A stretch of 64,000 bases of DNA from Spirochaetia bacterium (GTDB lineage Bacteria; Spirochaetota; Spirochaetia; UBA9216), in NCBI GenBank assembly GCA_963675665.1, contig OY776510.1:4000001-4064000 (forward strand), read 5' to 3'. Shown in pieces: positions 33,797 through 44,374 of this stretch. Every line of letters starts with the position of its first letter. Positions within the stretch are counted from its first letter, which is position 1. A model generated the notes under the pieces. The model was given only the letters and a program-made list of their open reading frames with translations. It did no database searches and had not been told where the DNA came from. The position numbers and the translations under genes were made by a program.

Positions 33797-34765
33797 TTAT
33801 TCAGCCGGTGCTGAACCATCAGCATCGGCCTTTTTTTCATCAGGGCCAATGATTTCAAGAACATCGGAATACCACTCTGCACCGGAATTCTCGAGCAATC
33901 TGTCATAATACTCCTGCCCTTTCCAGCCGGTACCTACACTGTTCTGCAAAGCCTCAAAACCGTTATCCAAATCCTCCATGTATTTAAGGAGAATTTCAGC
34001 AATTTTAAAATATACTCTCCCCAGGGTTTCTTCAGGAAAAGACTCATCCTCTGCAGATTCGGCTTTCTGCACCAGCTGCCTGTAATCATCTACAGCTTCC
34101 GTATACATACGTCTTTCTGTAAAAACATCGCCTGAAAGTTCAAGCGCCTCAATATCTTCAGGATTCATTTCCAGTCTTTTTTCAAGCCACAGTGACGCGC
34201 TATCATAATTACCAAGTTCAGCTTCAAGAGAAGCTATTTCAAAGACAGCTTCCTCTTCATCAGGATAGTATTCAAAAAACTTTTTAAACCTTGCAAGAGC
34301 TTCTTCAAGATCCTGATTTTCAGACAGGAGAACCGCCGAATTATAGAGAGAATTCCTGCTTGTCTCAAAATCGAACAGAACTTCTTCATAAATAGCCAGC
34401 GCCGTCGAATCATCTCCCATCAAATGATAAACCCAGGCGCGGGTTTCCAGGATTATTCTGTTGGATGGATCTTCCACAAGCAATTCATCAAGCTGCTCGA
34501 GGCTTTTTTCATATTTTTCAAGAAAAATATAAACCCTGGCAAGATTAAAACCGGCGCTTAGCAGCTCGGAATCAAGCTGCCGGGCTCTTGTATACGCATT
34601 TACAGCGTCCTGATTTCTTCCCAGCTCGGTATATGCATTACCAAGATTATAATAAGCTTCGGCAGCCTCTTCGGAGGTAATACCGGCAGAGGTGCTGCAG
34701 CCGGCAAGAATAATCATTATAATCGCCGGCAGCAACGCTCCCAGGCGTAAACGAAAAATAGACAC
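33797..34765 (-). CDS. TPR-repeat lipoprotein
   Basis: LAGC lipobox; AEAYYNLGNAY and further TPRs. Confidence 0.85.
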   Translation of the reverse strand: MSIFRLRLGALLPAIIMIILAGCSTSAGITSEEAAEAYYNLGNAYTELGRNQDAVNAYTRARQLDSELLSAGFNLARVYIFLEKYEKSLEQLDELLVEDPSNRIILETRAWVYHLMGDDSTALAIYEEVLFDFETSRNSLYNSAVLLSENQDLEEALARFKKFFEYYPDEEEAVFEIASLEAELGNYDSASLWLEKRLEMNPEDIEALELSGDVFTERRMYTEAVDDYRQLVQKAESAEDESFPEETLGRVYFKIAEILLKYMEDLDNGFEALQNSVGTGWKGQEYYDRLLENSGAEWYSDVLEIIGPDEKKADADGSAPAE

Positions 34766-35827
34766 CTATATACCCAGAACTGTTTCTTCTATCTTCCGAA
34801 CCTGTGATCGGTAAAGCTGTGATATGCCGGCGCCGTAATCAGCAATCAACTGAATAATATTCCTTGGATAGGCTTCTGAATCAGAACCGTTAAGCCTGTC
34901 TCCTGCATCACCCAGACCCGGCATAATATAGGCTTTTTCATTCAGGACAGGATCCATCCAAAGAGTATATACCTTAACATTTTCCAGAGCCCTTACAATC
35001 CTGATCGATCCCTTAAGGGCTGAGATTACATTGAAAAAGCTGATTGATTTGGGCTTAACCCCGTTATCCAGCAGGTATTTGACGATGGTGACAAGGCTTC
35101 CGCCTGTCGCATTCATCGGGTCAGCAAAAATAAGGTCTTTTCCGTCCAGTGCTTCAAGATTAAAATATGACTTTTCAAGATCAAGAATGTACTCCATATC
35201 ACTTTCTTTTTTGGAATCATCCCTGTTAATCTTAAAGAGAGCAAATGGGGTTACATAACGTTTTGACGAGTATTCCTGTATTTCCTTGCTCATTATCATT
35301 GACGGCAACAAAGCGCCTCTGAGCATCACACACATTACAGAATTCTCGATTTTCTCATCAGCATCTGGAATTTTATGTACGGCATAGTTCTGGACCGGAA
35401 CATTGACCGGAGTTTTGGTAATGAGATAATTTTTCTCGGATGAGGCTCCGCCGTATGCCAGATTAAAAAGCATTTCATAAGCGCGCTGAATATAGTACAG
35501 AAATTCATGATGCTCGGTTCGAACATCACGCAGCTTCGCAATCAGCCGTGAAGCTTCTCCGTGGATTTCGCGGGGAGTTTTAAACGAATATACATTTATT
35601 GCAGACATCTCGTCTGTAATTTCCTGCATAAATTCTCCCATCTTATTATAAATAGTAATAAGCTCTTTCTTGCTGCCTTCACTCTTGTCAGTAAAATTCG
35701 ATGAACTGATTATATTAAAATGCGCCATTGCCTGATCGTAATATTCCTGCATCCTTGCCAGATTTCCTTTATCACTGTTTGTCAAATATCCGTCAAGATC
35801 TGTCGCTTTAAGAATTATTTTGCTCAT
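34766..35827 (-). CDS. upp: Uracil phosphoribosyltransferase (N-terminally extended form)
   Basis: [34 protein letters not shown]. Confidence 0.9.
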   Translation of the reverse strand: MSKIILKATDLDGYLTNSDKGNLARMQEYYDQAMAHFNIISSSNFTDKSEGSKKELITIYNKMGEFMQEITDEMSAINVYSFKTPREIHGEASRLIAKLRDVRTEHHEFLYYIQRAYEMLFNLAYGGASSEKNYLITKTPVNVPVQNYAVHKIPDADEKIENSVMCVMLRGALLPSMIMSKEIQEYSSKRYVTPFALFKINRDDSKKESDMEYILDLEKSYFNLEALDGKDLIFADPMNATGGSLVTIVKYLLDNGVKPKSISFFNVISALKGSIRIVRALENVKVYTLWMDPVLNEKAYIMPGLGDAGDRLNGSDSEAYPRNIIQLIADYGAGISQLYRSQVRKIEETVLGI

Positions 35828-35955
35828 TCCTGCTCCTTTAAATCATTTTAGATCATTGTATAATAAAAAATGGATTTTTGAAGCAGAATTGTAATGAAAA
35901 ATATATAAAAATACATTATTATTAGTTATATACATTAAACGTTCTTGGAGGAAAA

Positions 35956-36414
35956 ATGAGAAAAAAAATATTACTACTTGTTCTTGTGCTTCTTGTATTT
36001 ACTGTTGCAAGCACATTTGCTACAGGTATAGGGATTCAGGGCGGCCTTGATTTTATGGATACGCCTTATGCTTCGAATCTGGCCCTTTCATTCAAACTGG
36101 ATGAATTTCCCATGATGTTTGGATTGGGCTGGAATTTCGCTGGAGGAGTAGCCATAGGCGCATCTGCAGACTGGTGGGTTTATCATGATGTATTAACAGG
36201 AATTATCAGCCTGTATGCCGGTCCGGGTATTTTCGGCGGATTTTCTACCGGAGGCTCCGGTAGTTTCTGGCTTGGCCCCCGTGTTGCATTCGGTTTTCAA
36301 ATTTTCCCTATTGAACCGCTTGAAATATTCCTCGAGCTTGACCCGTCTTTAGCCTTATTACCAGCTCCTGATTTTGTTTTCCAGGGATCCATTGGAGCCA
36401 GGTTCTGGTTCTAA
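35956..36414 (+). CDS. Small outer-membrane beta-barrel protein (DUF3996-like)
   Basis: Signal peptide, ~8 amphipathic strands, ADWW, EIFLE, C-terminal GARFWF. Confidence 0.75.
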   Translation: MRKKILLLVLVLLVFTVASTFATGIGIQGGLDFMDTPYASNLALSFKLDEFPMMFGLGWNFAGGVAIGASADWWVYHDVLTGIISLYAGPGIFGGFSTGGSGSFWLGPRVAFGFQIFPIEPLEIFLELDPSLALLPAPDFVFQGSIGARFWF

Positions 36415-36433
36415 CCAGATATTACAATTTGAT

Positions 36434-36461
36434 AAAACCGCTCTACCGGAGCGGTTTTTTT
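36434..36461 (+). terminator. Rho-independent terminator
   Basis: AAAACCGCTC-TACCG-GAGCGGTTTTTTT just after the stop codon. Confidence 0.8.
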
Positions 36462-36527
36462 ATAAACGTTGCTTTTCCCGTCCGCACCAAAAAAAAGACT
36501 GCTTCGTTTTCGAAACAGTCTTTTTTT

Positions 36528-36602
<75 letters not shown>

Positions 36603-36785
36603 CTAAGCTTTCACTTCGTGAAAGCTTTCGGAGATTTTGTTCTTTGAACAAAACTCCATATCTTTTTCACTTCGTGAAATTTTTTGAATTATTCTTCTGC
36701 GAAGAATACTTCATATATCAGATAATGGATGTTTAACTCTAAGAGTTAAACTCCAAAATAAAAATCCGACAGGATTTTTATTAAC

Positions 36786-36858
36786 TGAGCCGCACAGGGT
36801 TCGAACCTGTGACCCACGCCTTAAAAGGGCGTTGCTCTACCAGCTGAGCTAGCGGCCC
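36786..36858 (-). tRNA. tRNA-Lys(TTT); CCA not encoded
   Basis: GGGCCGCTAGCTCAGCTGGTAGAGCAACGCCCT-TTT-AAGGCGTGGGTCACAGGTTCGAACCCTGTGCGGCTCA. Confidence 0.97.
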
Positions 36859-36874
36859 TGCTTAATGCTCGCTG

Positions 36875-36903
36875 AATATAGCAACTAAGATAAAAAATGT
36901 CAA
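36875..36903 (-). promoter_or_regulatory. Sigma70 promoter of the tRNA-Lys/tRNA-Glu unit
   Basis: TTGACA-17 bp-TATATT, ending 16 nt upstream of tRNA-Lys. Confidence 0.75.
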
Positions 36904-37099
36904 CAGAAATCATTTTGTTTTTTTCAAAATAAAGTATCTCGGAAAACTCCAGCATTCAGAGATTCCGTTCCGGACTTACAGGTTGTTTATTTATTTACAG
37001 GAAAGGAAATAAACAAACATCAGCATAATGGGTATTGCACTTCTGTCAACCCTGATTAAGGGTTATCGGATATGGCCGTCTTTCTTATACGGCTTGCGG

Positions 37100-38278
37100 T
37101 TAAAGCATGAATCCCAGAGTCAGATTGTACACGGGCTTTGTTCCCGGCTGACTGGATTGTTCCGTACCGAACATTGCGGCATTTAGTGTAAATATCTTTA
37201 AATCCAGACCTAATCCGGCGTTAAGCAGGCCATCGGCAAGCCCTACCCTGACATCAAGAATTTCCAGCATGGTAATTTCGAGTCCGGTCTTTATATGCAG
37301 CAGCCAGTGCTCGGCTTCTGTCGGATAAAGTAAAAAATCAAAGATGTCGTCATATGCCGCCATGAAACGAAAATCAGTAATGAACTGCTGTATAAACGGT
37401 ATTGTCGGATTGAGTTCGAACCCGGCGTTAACCTTGAAAGGAACAATTCCGCTTTCCGGATCAGGAGCTGTAGTTTCAGAATCAAGAAAATCATTTATTC
37501 CGCTCAGATACGTATACCTGGCAGTAGGTGTAAAACAATCCTGGAAGCTCAATCCTGCCGACATAAAACCGTCCCAGATGTATAAAATTCCGGCATCCAT
37601 TCCGATTATCGTGCTGAACTCAAAGGGTTCGCTCAGAAATAAATCTGCTCCTATGCTGTCAAGCATTACAGGCAGTTCCAGAAAAGATTTTTCAATTGCA
37701 ACAACACCTTCCACTCCGCCTTTTAGCATAACGCCGATGTCCAGAACATGTTTTTCATCAACTGAGAGAGGGATTCGAAAAGAATATCCGCCCGCAAGCA
37801 GCAACTGCTCTCCAAGATCCATGGAAATTGAAAGAGGACCTTTACCCCGCAGCAGAAAGTCTGTTGTATTAAACAATCCGAAACCGAAGCCGTCTCCAAC
37901 ATACCCGAAGTATATTGGTCCCGTCATTGTAAAACCGGAATATAAACCGGTAAGAATTGCCTGGGTAGACGGAGAGGTCAGCAATGTGGTCATATCCTCT
38001 CCGGCCGACAGGCTGCCGATAATCAGGGATGCAATATCAAAAATTGGCCCGGTCAGCTGAAGGGTGAAATTTGTAAAAACAAGATCTTCCTGTGCAGACT
38101 TAAAAGCTGCAGGATTGGAAAAAATAGTTTCAAGACCTTCGTTATCCGTAGGATAGGGGCCGCCCAAACCTGAATCTACACCGGTAGGAACATAGATATC
38201 TTCAGCATAATAATCTGCAGCAAAACCGATTGCCGCAACAATGAATATCAGAATAACTGTACATATAATTCTCTTCAA
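37100..38278 (-). CDS. Outer-membrane beta-barrel protein (TraF/FadL-like)
   Basis: Signal peptide, GLGG..T...IFSNPAA plug motif, amphipathic strands ending YNLTLGFML. Confidence 0.7.
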   Translation of the reverse strand: MKRIICTVILIFIVAAIGFAADYYAEDIYVPTGVDSGLGGPYPTDNEGLETIFSNPAAFKSAQEDLVFTNFTLQLTGPIFDIASLIIGSLSAGEDMTTLLTSPSTQAILTGLYSGFTMTGPIYFGYVGDGFGFGLFNTTDFLLRGKGPLSISMDLGEQLLLAGGYSFRIPLSVDEKHVLDIGVMLKGGVEGVVAIEKSFLELPVMLDSIGADLFLSEPFEFSTIIGMDAGILYIWDGFMSAGLSFQDCFTPTARYTYLSGINDFLDSETTAPDPESGIVPFKVNAGFELNPTIPFIQQFITDFRFMAAYDDIFDFLLYPTEAEHWLLHIKTGLEITMLEILDVRVGLADGLLNAGLGLDLKIFTLNAAMFGTEQSSQPGTKPVYNLTLGFML

Positions 38279-38307
38279 ACCAAAACTCCATGTAGATATT
38301 TGCTTGA

Positions 38308-38940
38308 CTATTCAGGGATGGTTAAATCGCCGAATATTGTTGAAAGATCAACGCCCCCCTGGTCGGCCCAATACTGAGCCTGCACAAGGTCCGGATCTTC
38401 CGGATCAACAGTCCCCAGCTGATCAACTCCTCCGGCGTCATTAATAACAATAAGAAGCTGTGCTGCAGCGGCATTAGTGTATTGCTCCGGGGTCAGTACC
38501 ACTCCATCCATGTCTTCAGCCGCCTCTATAAGCGCAACGGCATCTTCAAGGTTATCAGTATCAATATCATCAAGCAAACCAGTAGTCAGATCTTCAGTTT
38601 CTCCCGAGGCAAATGCATCAAGCGCGCCGCTTACGGCATCGCCCAAACCGGAGGCCCCTACTGCCAAATCGGCAGCGAGTAAAACCATATCCGGATCTGC
38701 AGTACTGAGATCATCCGGAAGCATAGCTGCAATCTCATTGTAAGCAGCCTCGAGTTCTGCTGCTGTTGCCGTTCCCGAAGTAAGAAGATCTTCAGCATAA
38801 GAGAGCTTCTGATCATTGGTCATTGTAGAGATATCCGCTTCATACCAGAAGTATGCGCTGGTTGTAAAAACCTGCTGGCAGGATGTTAAAACTGCCAATA
38901 ACAGTAACCCTGTACAAAAAAATCTAAATCCGATTTTCAT
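38308..38940 (-). CDS. Acidic helical lipoprotein
   Basis: LTSC lipobox; very D/E-rich. Confidence 0.75.
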   Translation of the reverse strand: MKIGFRFFCTGLLLLAVLTSCQQVFTTSAYFWYEADISTMTNDQKLSYAEDLLTSGTATAAELEAAYNEIAAMLPDDLSTADPDMVLLAADLAVGASGLGDAVSGALDAFASGETEDLTTGLLDDIDTDNLEDAVALIEAAEDMDGVVLTPEQYTNAAAAQLLIVINDAGGVDQLGTVDPEDPDLVQAQYWADQGGVDLSTIFGDLTIPE

Positions 38941-38985
38941 TCGAATTTCCCCCTATAGCAATTATCGTGAGAATTGCTTAAAAAA

Positions 38986-40338
38986 TCAAATCCATTCCAG
39001 AAATCTGCAGATTATGCCGTTATTTTCAACAGCTTCAATTTTTGCTCTGCAGATAGTTCCATCTTTATTAATTATATCACATACTGTCGATTTTAAATAA
39101 TTTTCACTTGTTCCGTTCCATTTTTCACCGTTTTCGTCTTCTATAAGAACATCAACATCTCGACCAATCCATCCTGATGCATATTTCAGGTAATATTCGC
39201 CTGACAGCCGCCGCAATTCTCCCGTCCGCTGTCCTGATATACGTTCTGGAACCGGGTTTTTCATTTTCTCCGCAAGAGTTCCGGGCCTTGGTGAAAACGG
39301 AAAAACATGCAGATGGGCAAATTCGCATTCTTCAACCAGACTGAGGGTAAGCCCGTAATCCTCATCTGTTTCACCGGGAAAACCTGCAATAACATCCGCG
39401 GCCAGAAACGGATCGTCTTTTACGTTTCTCAGTGTTTTTACTGCATCTATTATCTTTGCACGATTGTTATGCCGCCGCATAAGCGAAAGGATCCTGTCGC
39501 TTCCGGATTGAACCGGTATATGAAAATGCGGGCACACTGCCGGACTGCTTACTGCAAGCGCCATTCTGTCGTCTATTGTTTCCGGTTCAAGAGACGAGAG
39601 TCTTATTCTTGCCGCCGGATGACCTCCGGGACCGTCAGTTCCGGCAATTACAGCAAGTTCGGTCAGAATACGGCTGAAATCATATCCTTGTGAATTATAA
39701 GAAGTTAAATTGACACCCGTCAGCACAATTTCCCGGTATCCTTTATCGAGCAAACCGCTGAACTGCCTTAAAACCTCTTCGGGCGGCAGGCTCACCCCGC
39801 GTCCCCTTGCGATTGTAACCCTGCAGTAAGCACAGCTGTTGTCGCATCCGTCCTGAATTTTCAGGAACGCCCGGGTATGATAATTGAAATCGACAGATTC
39901 ATACCAGAACCTGTCAGGATCCTGCAGCCCCTGGGAGGAGCCCCTCCCGAAGAAACCGCGCACAGCCCCGATTAAGCCGTCCCGGTCATCCTGCAGGTCC
40001 TTTAAAAACACGGGAAGCCTGCTAATCTCATCTTTTCTGTCATGCGGGACAACGACAACATTGCCGCCGAGGGAAACTTCTGCTTCATCAAGCTGAGCAT
40101 AGCAGCCGGTAACAAGAACAACCGAGCCGGGATGTTCGGTTGATAGTTTCCGGATCATCCTGCGGGCTTTCTGTTCAGCTTTCGAGGTTACCGTGCATGT
40201 GTTTATTATATAAAGATCAGCATCGCTGCGTACATCCTCAATAAAAAAACCCCGGCTGTCGAAGGACGATGCCAGGGCTTCACTTTCACATTGATTCAGC
40301 TTGCAGCCTAAGGTATATACAGCCGCTCTGAAATCCAT
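38986..40338 (-). CDS. mtaB: tRNA t6A37 methylthiotransferase MtaB
   Basis: TLGCKLNQCES, INTCTVT, TGCYAQ, KIQDGCDNSCAYC radical-SAM motif, HVFPFSPRPGT. Confidence 0.93.
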   Translation of the reverse strand: MDFRAAVYTLGCKLNQCESEALASSFDSRGFFIEDVRSDADLYIINTCTVTSKAEQKARRMIRKLSTEHPGSVVLVTGCYAQLDEAEVSLGGNVVVVPHDRKDEISRLPVFLKDLQDDRDGLIGAVRGFFGRGSSQGLQDPDRFWYESVDFNYHTRAFLKIQDGCDNSCAYCRVTIARGRGVSLPPEEVLRQFSGLLDKGYREIVLTGVNLTSYNSQGYDFSRILTELAVIAGTDGPGGHPAARIRLSSLEPETIDDRMALAVSSPAVCPHFHIPVQSGSDRILSLMRRHNNRAKIIDAVKTLRNVKDDPFLAADVIAGFPGETDEDYGLTLSLVEECEFAHLHVFPFSPRPGTLAEKMKNPVPERISGQRTGELRRLSGEYYLKYASGWIGRDVDVLIEDENGEKWNGTSENYLKSTVCDIINKDGTICRAKIEAVENNGIICRFLEWI

Positions 40339-40970
40339 TACCCGGCACCCAGCTTTTTCCTGACCCGGTCACGGCCCCTGACGGCTTCGGTATATGAAGA
40401 ATTAAGCTCTAATGATTTATTATATGCTTCCAGTGAATATTTCCAGTCTTCTGCCATCTCTCGTGCATAGCCCAGTCTTGACCACCACCTTGCTGAATTC
40501 GGAAAATGGTAAACCGCCGTTGTGAATGCGATATCGGCATGATTGTATTCACCGAGCCTGATGTAAATCTCACCCATAAAGTAATATGCAAGTTCGATTC
40601 TGTCGCCGGTCGGGGCAAGTACCGTATATTCTTCAAAATAATCGAGCGCTTCGAGATTTTTCCCAAGATAATAATATGCTTCCGCCGCTATCTCAATTAC
40701 GCGCGTGTCCCGGCGGGATATTTCAAGACCGGAAAGGCTTGAGTCCAACGCTTTCTGATAGTCCTCCAGTTTGATATAACTCCACCCCAGAACTACATAC
40801 GAATCCATATTCCTGGGCATCCGTTCAATTTCGGCCAGACAAATCTCAATAGCTTTATTGAAATCACCCTTTCTGTATTCGACCAGGGCATCTTCACGTT
40901 CCTGCGGGAACACTGTTGCGACTGCTGAAATGCTGAAGAACAGCAGAAAAACAATAATTTTATTCTTCAT
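40338..40970 (-). CDS. Exported TPR protein
   Basis: Signal peptide plus several TPR units. Confidence 0.85.
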   Translation of the reverse strand: MKNKIIVFLLFFSISAVATVFPQEREDALVEYRKGDFNKAIEICLAEIERMPRNMDSYVVLGWSYIKLEDYQKALDSSLSGLEISRRDTRVIEIAAEAYYYLGKNLEALDYFEEYTVLAPTGDRIELAYYFMGEIYIRLGEYNHADIAFTTAVYHFPNSARWWSRLGYAREMAEDWKYSLEAYNKSLELNSSYTEAVRGRDRVRKKLGAG

Positions 40971-41352
40971 TCTTCATTTCCTCATCTTTTGTTACTTCAC
41001 GCGGAGATTTCATGGTGCAGATCCCGTTAAAAGAACAGCCGCTTTCCATGATTATGTCGGGTGCCGTAATGTCTCCGTCAACATGCCCGCACGAAAATAT
41101 CTCGACTCTGTCGTAGGCGAAAATATTACCGTGCACAGTACCCATTACCGAAACAATATTCGCTTCCACCCTTGCATCTACAACCGCGCTTTCGGCGACA
41201 TAAAAATCACCTTCCGCTTTGACGTTTCCCTTTATGTGTCCTTTTATCATAAGAGATTTGTCGAATCCCAGATTCCCGGTAAAATCGATATCCTCGTTAA
41301 GTATTGTATCTATTTCAGCTTCATCTGTTATCTGTATCTGAATATCGCTCAT
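40960..41352 (-). CDS. Bactofilin (polymer-forming cytoskeletal protein)
   Basis: DTIL...FTGNL...IKGHIKGNV...GTVHGNI...VDGDITAP.I.MESG..FNGICTM. Confidence 0.9.
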   Translation of the reverse strand: MSDIQIQITDEAEIDTILNEDIDFTGNLGFDKSLMIKGHIKGNVKAEGDFYVAESAVVDARVEANIVSVMGTVHGNIFAYDRVEIFSCGHVDGDITAPDIIMESGCSFNGICTMKSPREVTKDEEMKNEE

Positions 41353-41402
41353 ATCATCTTAATGTACTTAGCCTGCCCTCAGCTGTCAAGCGTAAACTGC
41401 AA

Positions 41403-42119
41403 TCAGAACAGCGACATTGTTTCATCAAGAGCTTTCTTCAGCCGGATACGCATTTCTCCGGTATGCGGATTGAATTTCTGCAGGTCGTGAAACAGCTGAA
41501 CAGGGTCGTTGCAGGTCTGCTCAACTATCTCCTGAAGCTTCCGGTACCCGAGAGTCGCTATGGCGCTGTCTTTCAGATTCAGCTCATTCAGCACCCTTCC
41601 GATAAAGTGGGTTATACCCTGGGTAAATGCGGCTTCAAGATCATGCTCATCCGGAGTCATTTTATGTATTTCCAAACCCATCCGTCTGAATACATCATTC
41701 CAGAGGGGCCCGCAACCGTTAATATCGCGGACTGTGTGAAATACCAGCGGAAGGCCTTTGATTCCGTTGCGGCCCGAATCAGGACCGAACATCGGGTGCG
41801 TTGCAATAATACCGCAGGTTTCCGGAAGATACTTGTTCATCAGCCGCGCCGGCTCGACCTTTACCGAACAGGTGTCGATTACCACAGCGTCCTGCTTAAG
41901 TACGGGCGCAATACGTTGAAGCACTTCTTCTACAGCGCTTATTGCGCAGCAAAGAAAGACTGTATCATAACCGGTCAGCTGCTCTTCACTTTCAATACGC
42001 CCTACTCCTGCAGGTAATTCCCTGCGGCTCCTGCTGTAACCGGCAACATCAAACCGGTCAGCCAGCAGAGATGCCCAAAAGGATCCGAAACGTCCCATAC
42101 CGTATACTGCTATCTTCAT
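41403..42119 (-). CDS. tyrA: Prephenate/arogenate dehydrogenase
   Basis: GMGRFG, DTCSVK, THPMFGP, EHD...A.TQGITH. Confidence 0.88.
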   Translation of the reverse strand: MKIAVYGMGRFGSFWASLLADRFDVAGYSRSRRELPAGVGRIESEEQLTGYDTVFLCCAISAVEEVLQRIAPVLKQDAVVIDTCSVKVEPARLMNKYLPETCGIIATHPMFGPDSGRNGIKGLPLVFHTVRDINGCGPLWNDVFRRMGLEIHKMTPDEHDLEAAFTQGITHFIGRVLNELNLKDSAIATLGYRKLQEIVEQTCNDPVQLFHDLQKFNPHTGEMRIRLKKALDETMSLF

Positions 42120-42337
42120 GCTGAGATAATAAAAATTATCGCTGAAAAACGCAATATTCCATTACCGGCTTTTTATTAATATAGGGAGTCTCTTATACCC
42201 TAAAACCTGGATTATCAGGCATTCCCTGTTATATTTATGAAAAGCCTCACTTTGCAAAATCATTTTTTTATACTATTATTTGACAAAATAATGTCAGACA
42301 TTATTTTACCCAACGATATTTGAGGAGATTCATTATA

Positions 42338-43333
42338 ATGGCTTTCAAAGAATTAATGAAAGAAAAAGCAAAAAAACTTCAAAAGAATCTTGTACTGCCC
42401 GAAGGAACTGAAACCCGGACCATGAAGGCTGCAAGAATTATCATCGATGAAGGACTTGCGGCATCAGTTTCACTTATTGGAAATGCTGATGATATTCAAG
42501 CTGCAGCAGCAGATGCAGGCGTAAACCTGAACGGCGTCACCATTGTTGAACCCAAAAAATCTGAAAACTTCAGTGCTTACGCTGCTGAATATTATGAACT
42601 GAGAAAGAAAAAGGGTATTACGGAAGAAGAAGCCGGAGAAGCTATAACTGATCCGCTGAAATGGGGCTCAATGATGGTCCGCCTCGGCGATGCGGATGCG
42701 ATGGTTGCCGGCGCTGAAAACTCGACCGGAAACGTTCTGAGGGCAGCTTTCACGATTATTAAAACAGCCCCGGGGGTAAAATCAGCCTCAAGCTGCTTTG
42801 TAATGTACATGCCGGATTCAGACTGGGGAGTCAACGGAAACATGATTTTTTCTGATTGTGCGACCATACCCAACCCTACCGCCGAACAGCTTTCCGAAAT
42901 TGCCATCGCGGCATCCGAATCATGTAAAAAATTCCTTGATGCGGAACCCTGCACAGCGATGCTTTCTTTCTCAACAAAAGGTTCAGCCAGCCATGAATAT
43001 GTCGACAAGGTTGTCGAAGCAACAAAACTTGCAAAAGAAAAACGGCCTGATCTTAATATCGACGGAGAACTTCAGCTTGACGCCGCTATTGTTCCTGCAA
43101 TAGGCAACAGCAAAGCCCCCGGTTCAAAGGTAGCAGGAAAGGCAAATGTTCTGGTTTTTCCCGACCTTCAGGCCGGAAATATCGGTTACAAACTTGTGCA
43201 GCGACTTGCCGGAGCAGATGCATACGGACCTTTCCTTCAGGGATTTGCAAAACCGGTCAGCGACCTTTCGCGCGGCTGCAGTGTCGATGACATAGTAACC
43301 ACTGCTGCTGTTACAATGGCACAGTCGGAATAA
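42338..43333 (+). CDS. pta: Phosphate acetyltransferase
   Basis: [49 protein letters not shown]; start placed at ATG 42338 after GAGGAG. Confidence 0.96.
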   Translation: MAFKELMKEKAKKLQKNLVLPEGTETRTMKAARIIIDEGLAASVSLIGNADDIQAAAADAGVNLNGVTIVEPKKSENFSAYAAEYYELRKKKGITEEEAGEAITDPLKWGSMMVRLGDADAMVAGAENSTGNVLRAAFTIIKTAPGVKSASSCFVMYMPDSDWGVNGNMIFSDCATIPNPTAEQLSEIAIAASESCKKFLDAEPCTAMLSFSTKGSASHEYVDKVVEATKLAKEKRPDLNIDGELQLDAAIVPAIGNSKAPGSKVAGKANVLVFPDLQAGNIGYKLVQRLAGADAYGPFLQGFAKPVSDLSRGCSVDDIVTTAAVTMAQSE

Positions 43334-43364
43334 AAAAAGACCGCAAAAAACGGTCTTTAACAGT

Positions 43365-43393
43365 GAAAAAAGCTGCCGGAAGGCAGCTTTTTT
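43365..43393. terminator. Bidirectional terminator between pta and the ABC operon
   Basis: AAAAAAGCTGCC-GGAA-GGCAGCTTTTTT. Confidence 0.85.
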
Positions 43394-44310
43394 TATTCCG
43401 TGTACAATTTGCCTGATATAAGGTAAAGATCTTTCCCGGGAGTTTTTCCTGAAAAGTATTCTGCAATCAGGGTAGTCAGCTCCTGCGCCATTGTATCAAA
43501 ATCCTGCTCGATTGTTCCGACAAATGGACCTTTCTTGCCTATTTCGGCCTTTGCAAAGTCGGTACCGTCTATTCCTACAACCTTAATCTCGGTTCTACCG
43601 GCGGCCTCAAGCGCCTGAACTGTTCCGTAAGCAGGTTCATCCCACCCGGCCCAGATGCCTGCAATAGAACCTTTACTGTTGGCGGTTATCAGGTCTTCGG
43701 CTATCTTCCTTGCATTATCAACCGGTCCGGGCACATCGATATGGAATTTATTAATTACCTTAATGCCGGGATAGCTGTCGAATACTTCCTGGGCACCGAC
43801 GGCCCTTGCGCGCACACCCGGATGCGGGTCATGAGTAAACATTATAACATTACCCTTTCCGCTTATTGTCTCGGCAAGCAGTTCTGCGGTTTTCTTTCCA
43901 AGATCAGCATTATCTGATGTGATATTAAGCACAACCCCGTCAGCCAGTCCGGCATCAAGACCGAAAACCGGGATCCCAGCTTCCTTTGCGGCGGCAAGGC
44001 CCTTGGTCATCTGGGCAGGGTCTCCCATTCCCAGAACAATCGCATCAACCTTCTGGGCGACTGCATCTTCAATTCGTGAGACCAGCATGCCGAAATCACC
44101 GGCAGTATCGGAAACATTTACCTTCCAGCCTTCGGCTGAGGCATCCTTCCTGAACTGCTCGATTACATAAGCTGTGGTTGCATTAGCCATATAGGGGGTG
44201 ACAACCGCTACTGTTTTCGAGTCTGCGGCAGCTTCTGATGTTCCTCCTGCAACTGCCGCCATTGCAGCGATCAGCAACACAAGTACTGAAACAATGATTC
44301 GTTTAATCAT
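43393..44310 (-). CDS. Sugar ABC transporter substrate-binding protein (RbsB-like)
   Basis: Signal peptide, VDAIVL, AGIPVFGLD, SDN..G, VVGIDG, TIEQD. Confidence 0.9.
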   Translation of the reverse strand: MIKRIIVSVLVLLIAAMAAVAGGTSEAAADSKTVAVVTPYMANATTAYVIEQFRKDASAEGWKVNVSDTAGDFGMLVSRIEDAVAQKVDAIVLGMGDPAQMTKGLAAAKEAGIPVFGLDAGLADGVVLNITSDNADLGKKTAELLAETISGKGNVIMFTHDPHPGVRARAVGAQEVFDSYPGIKVINKFHIDVPGPVDNARKIAEDLITANSKGSIAGIWAGWDEPAYGTVQALEAAGRTEIKVVGIDGTDFAKAEIGKKGPFVGTIEQDFDTMAQELTTLIAEYFSGKTPGKDLYLISGKLYTE

Positions 44311-44374
44311 TTCTTCCTCCGTTATTTTGATAATATAAAAGACAATTTCAAACCTGACGTGTTATGAAACAGCC

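Noticed and set aside
37344-38060. Long antisense ORFs (this one, 11695-12297, 23752-24348, 40858-42017)
   Set aside because: They are shadows of well-supported opposite-strand genes and carry no recognisable motifs.
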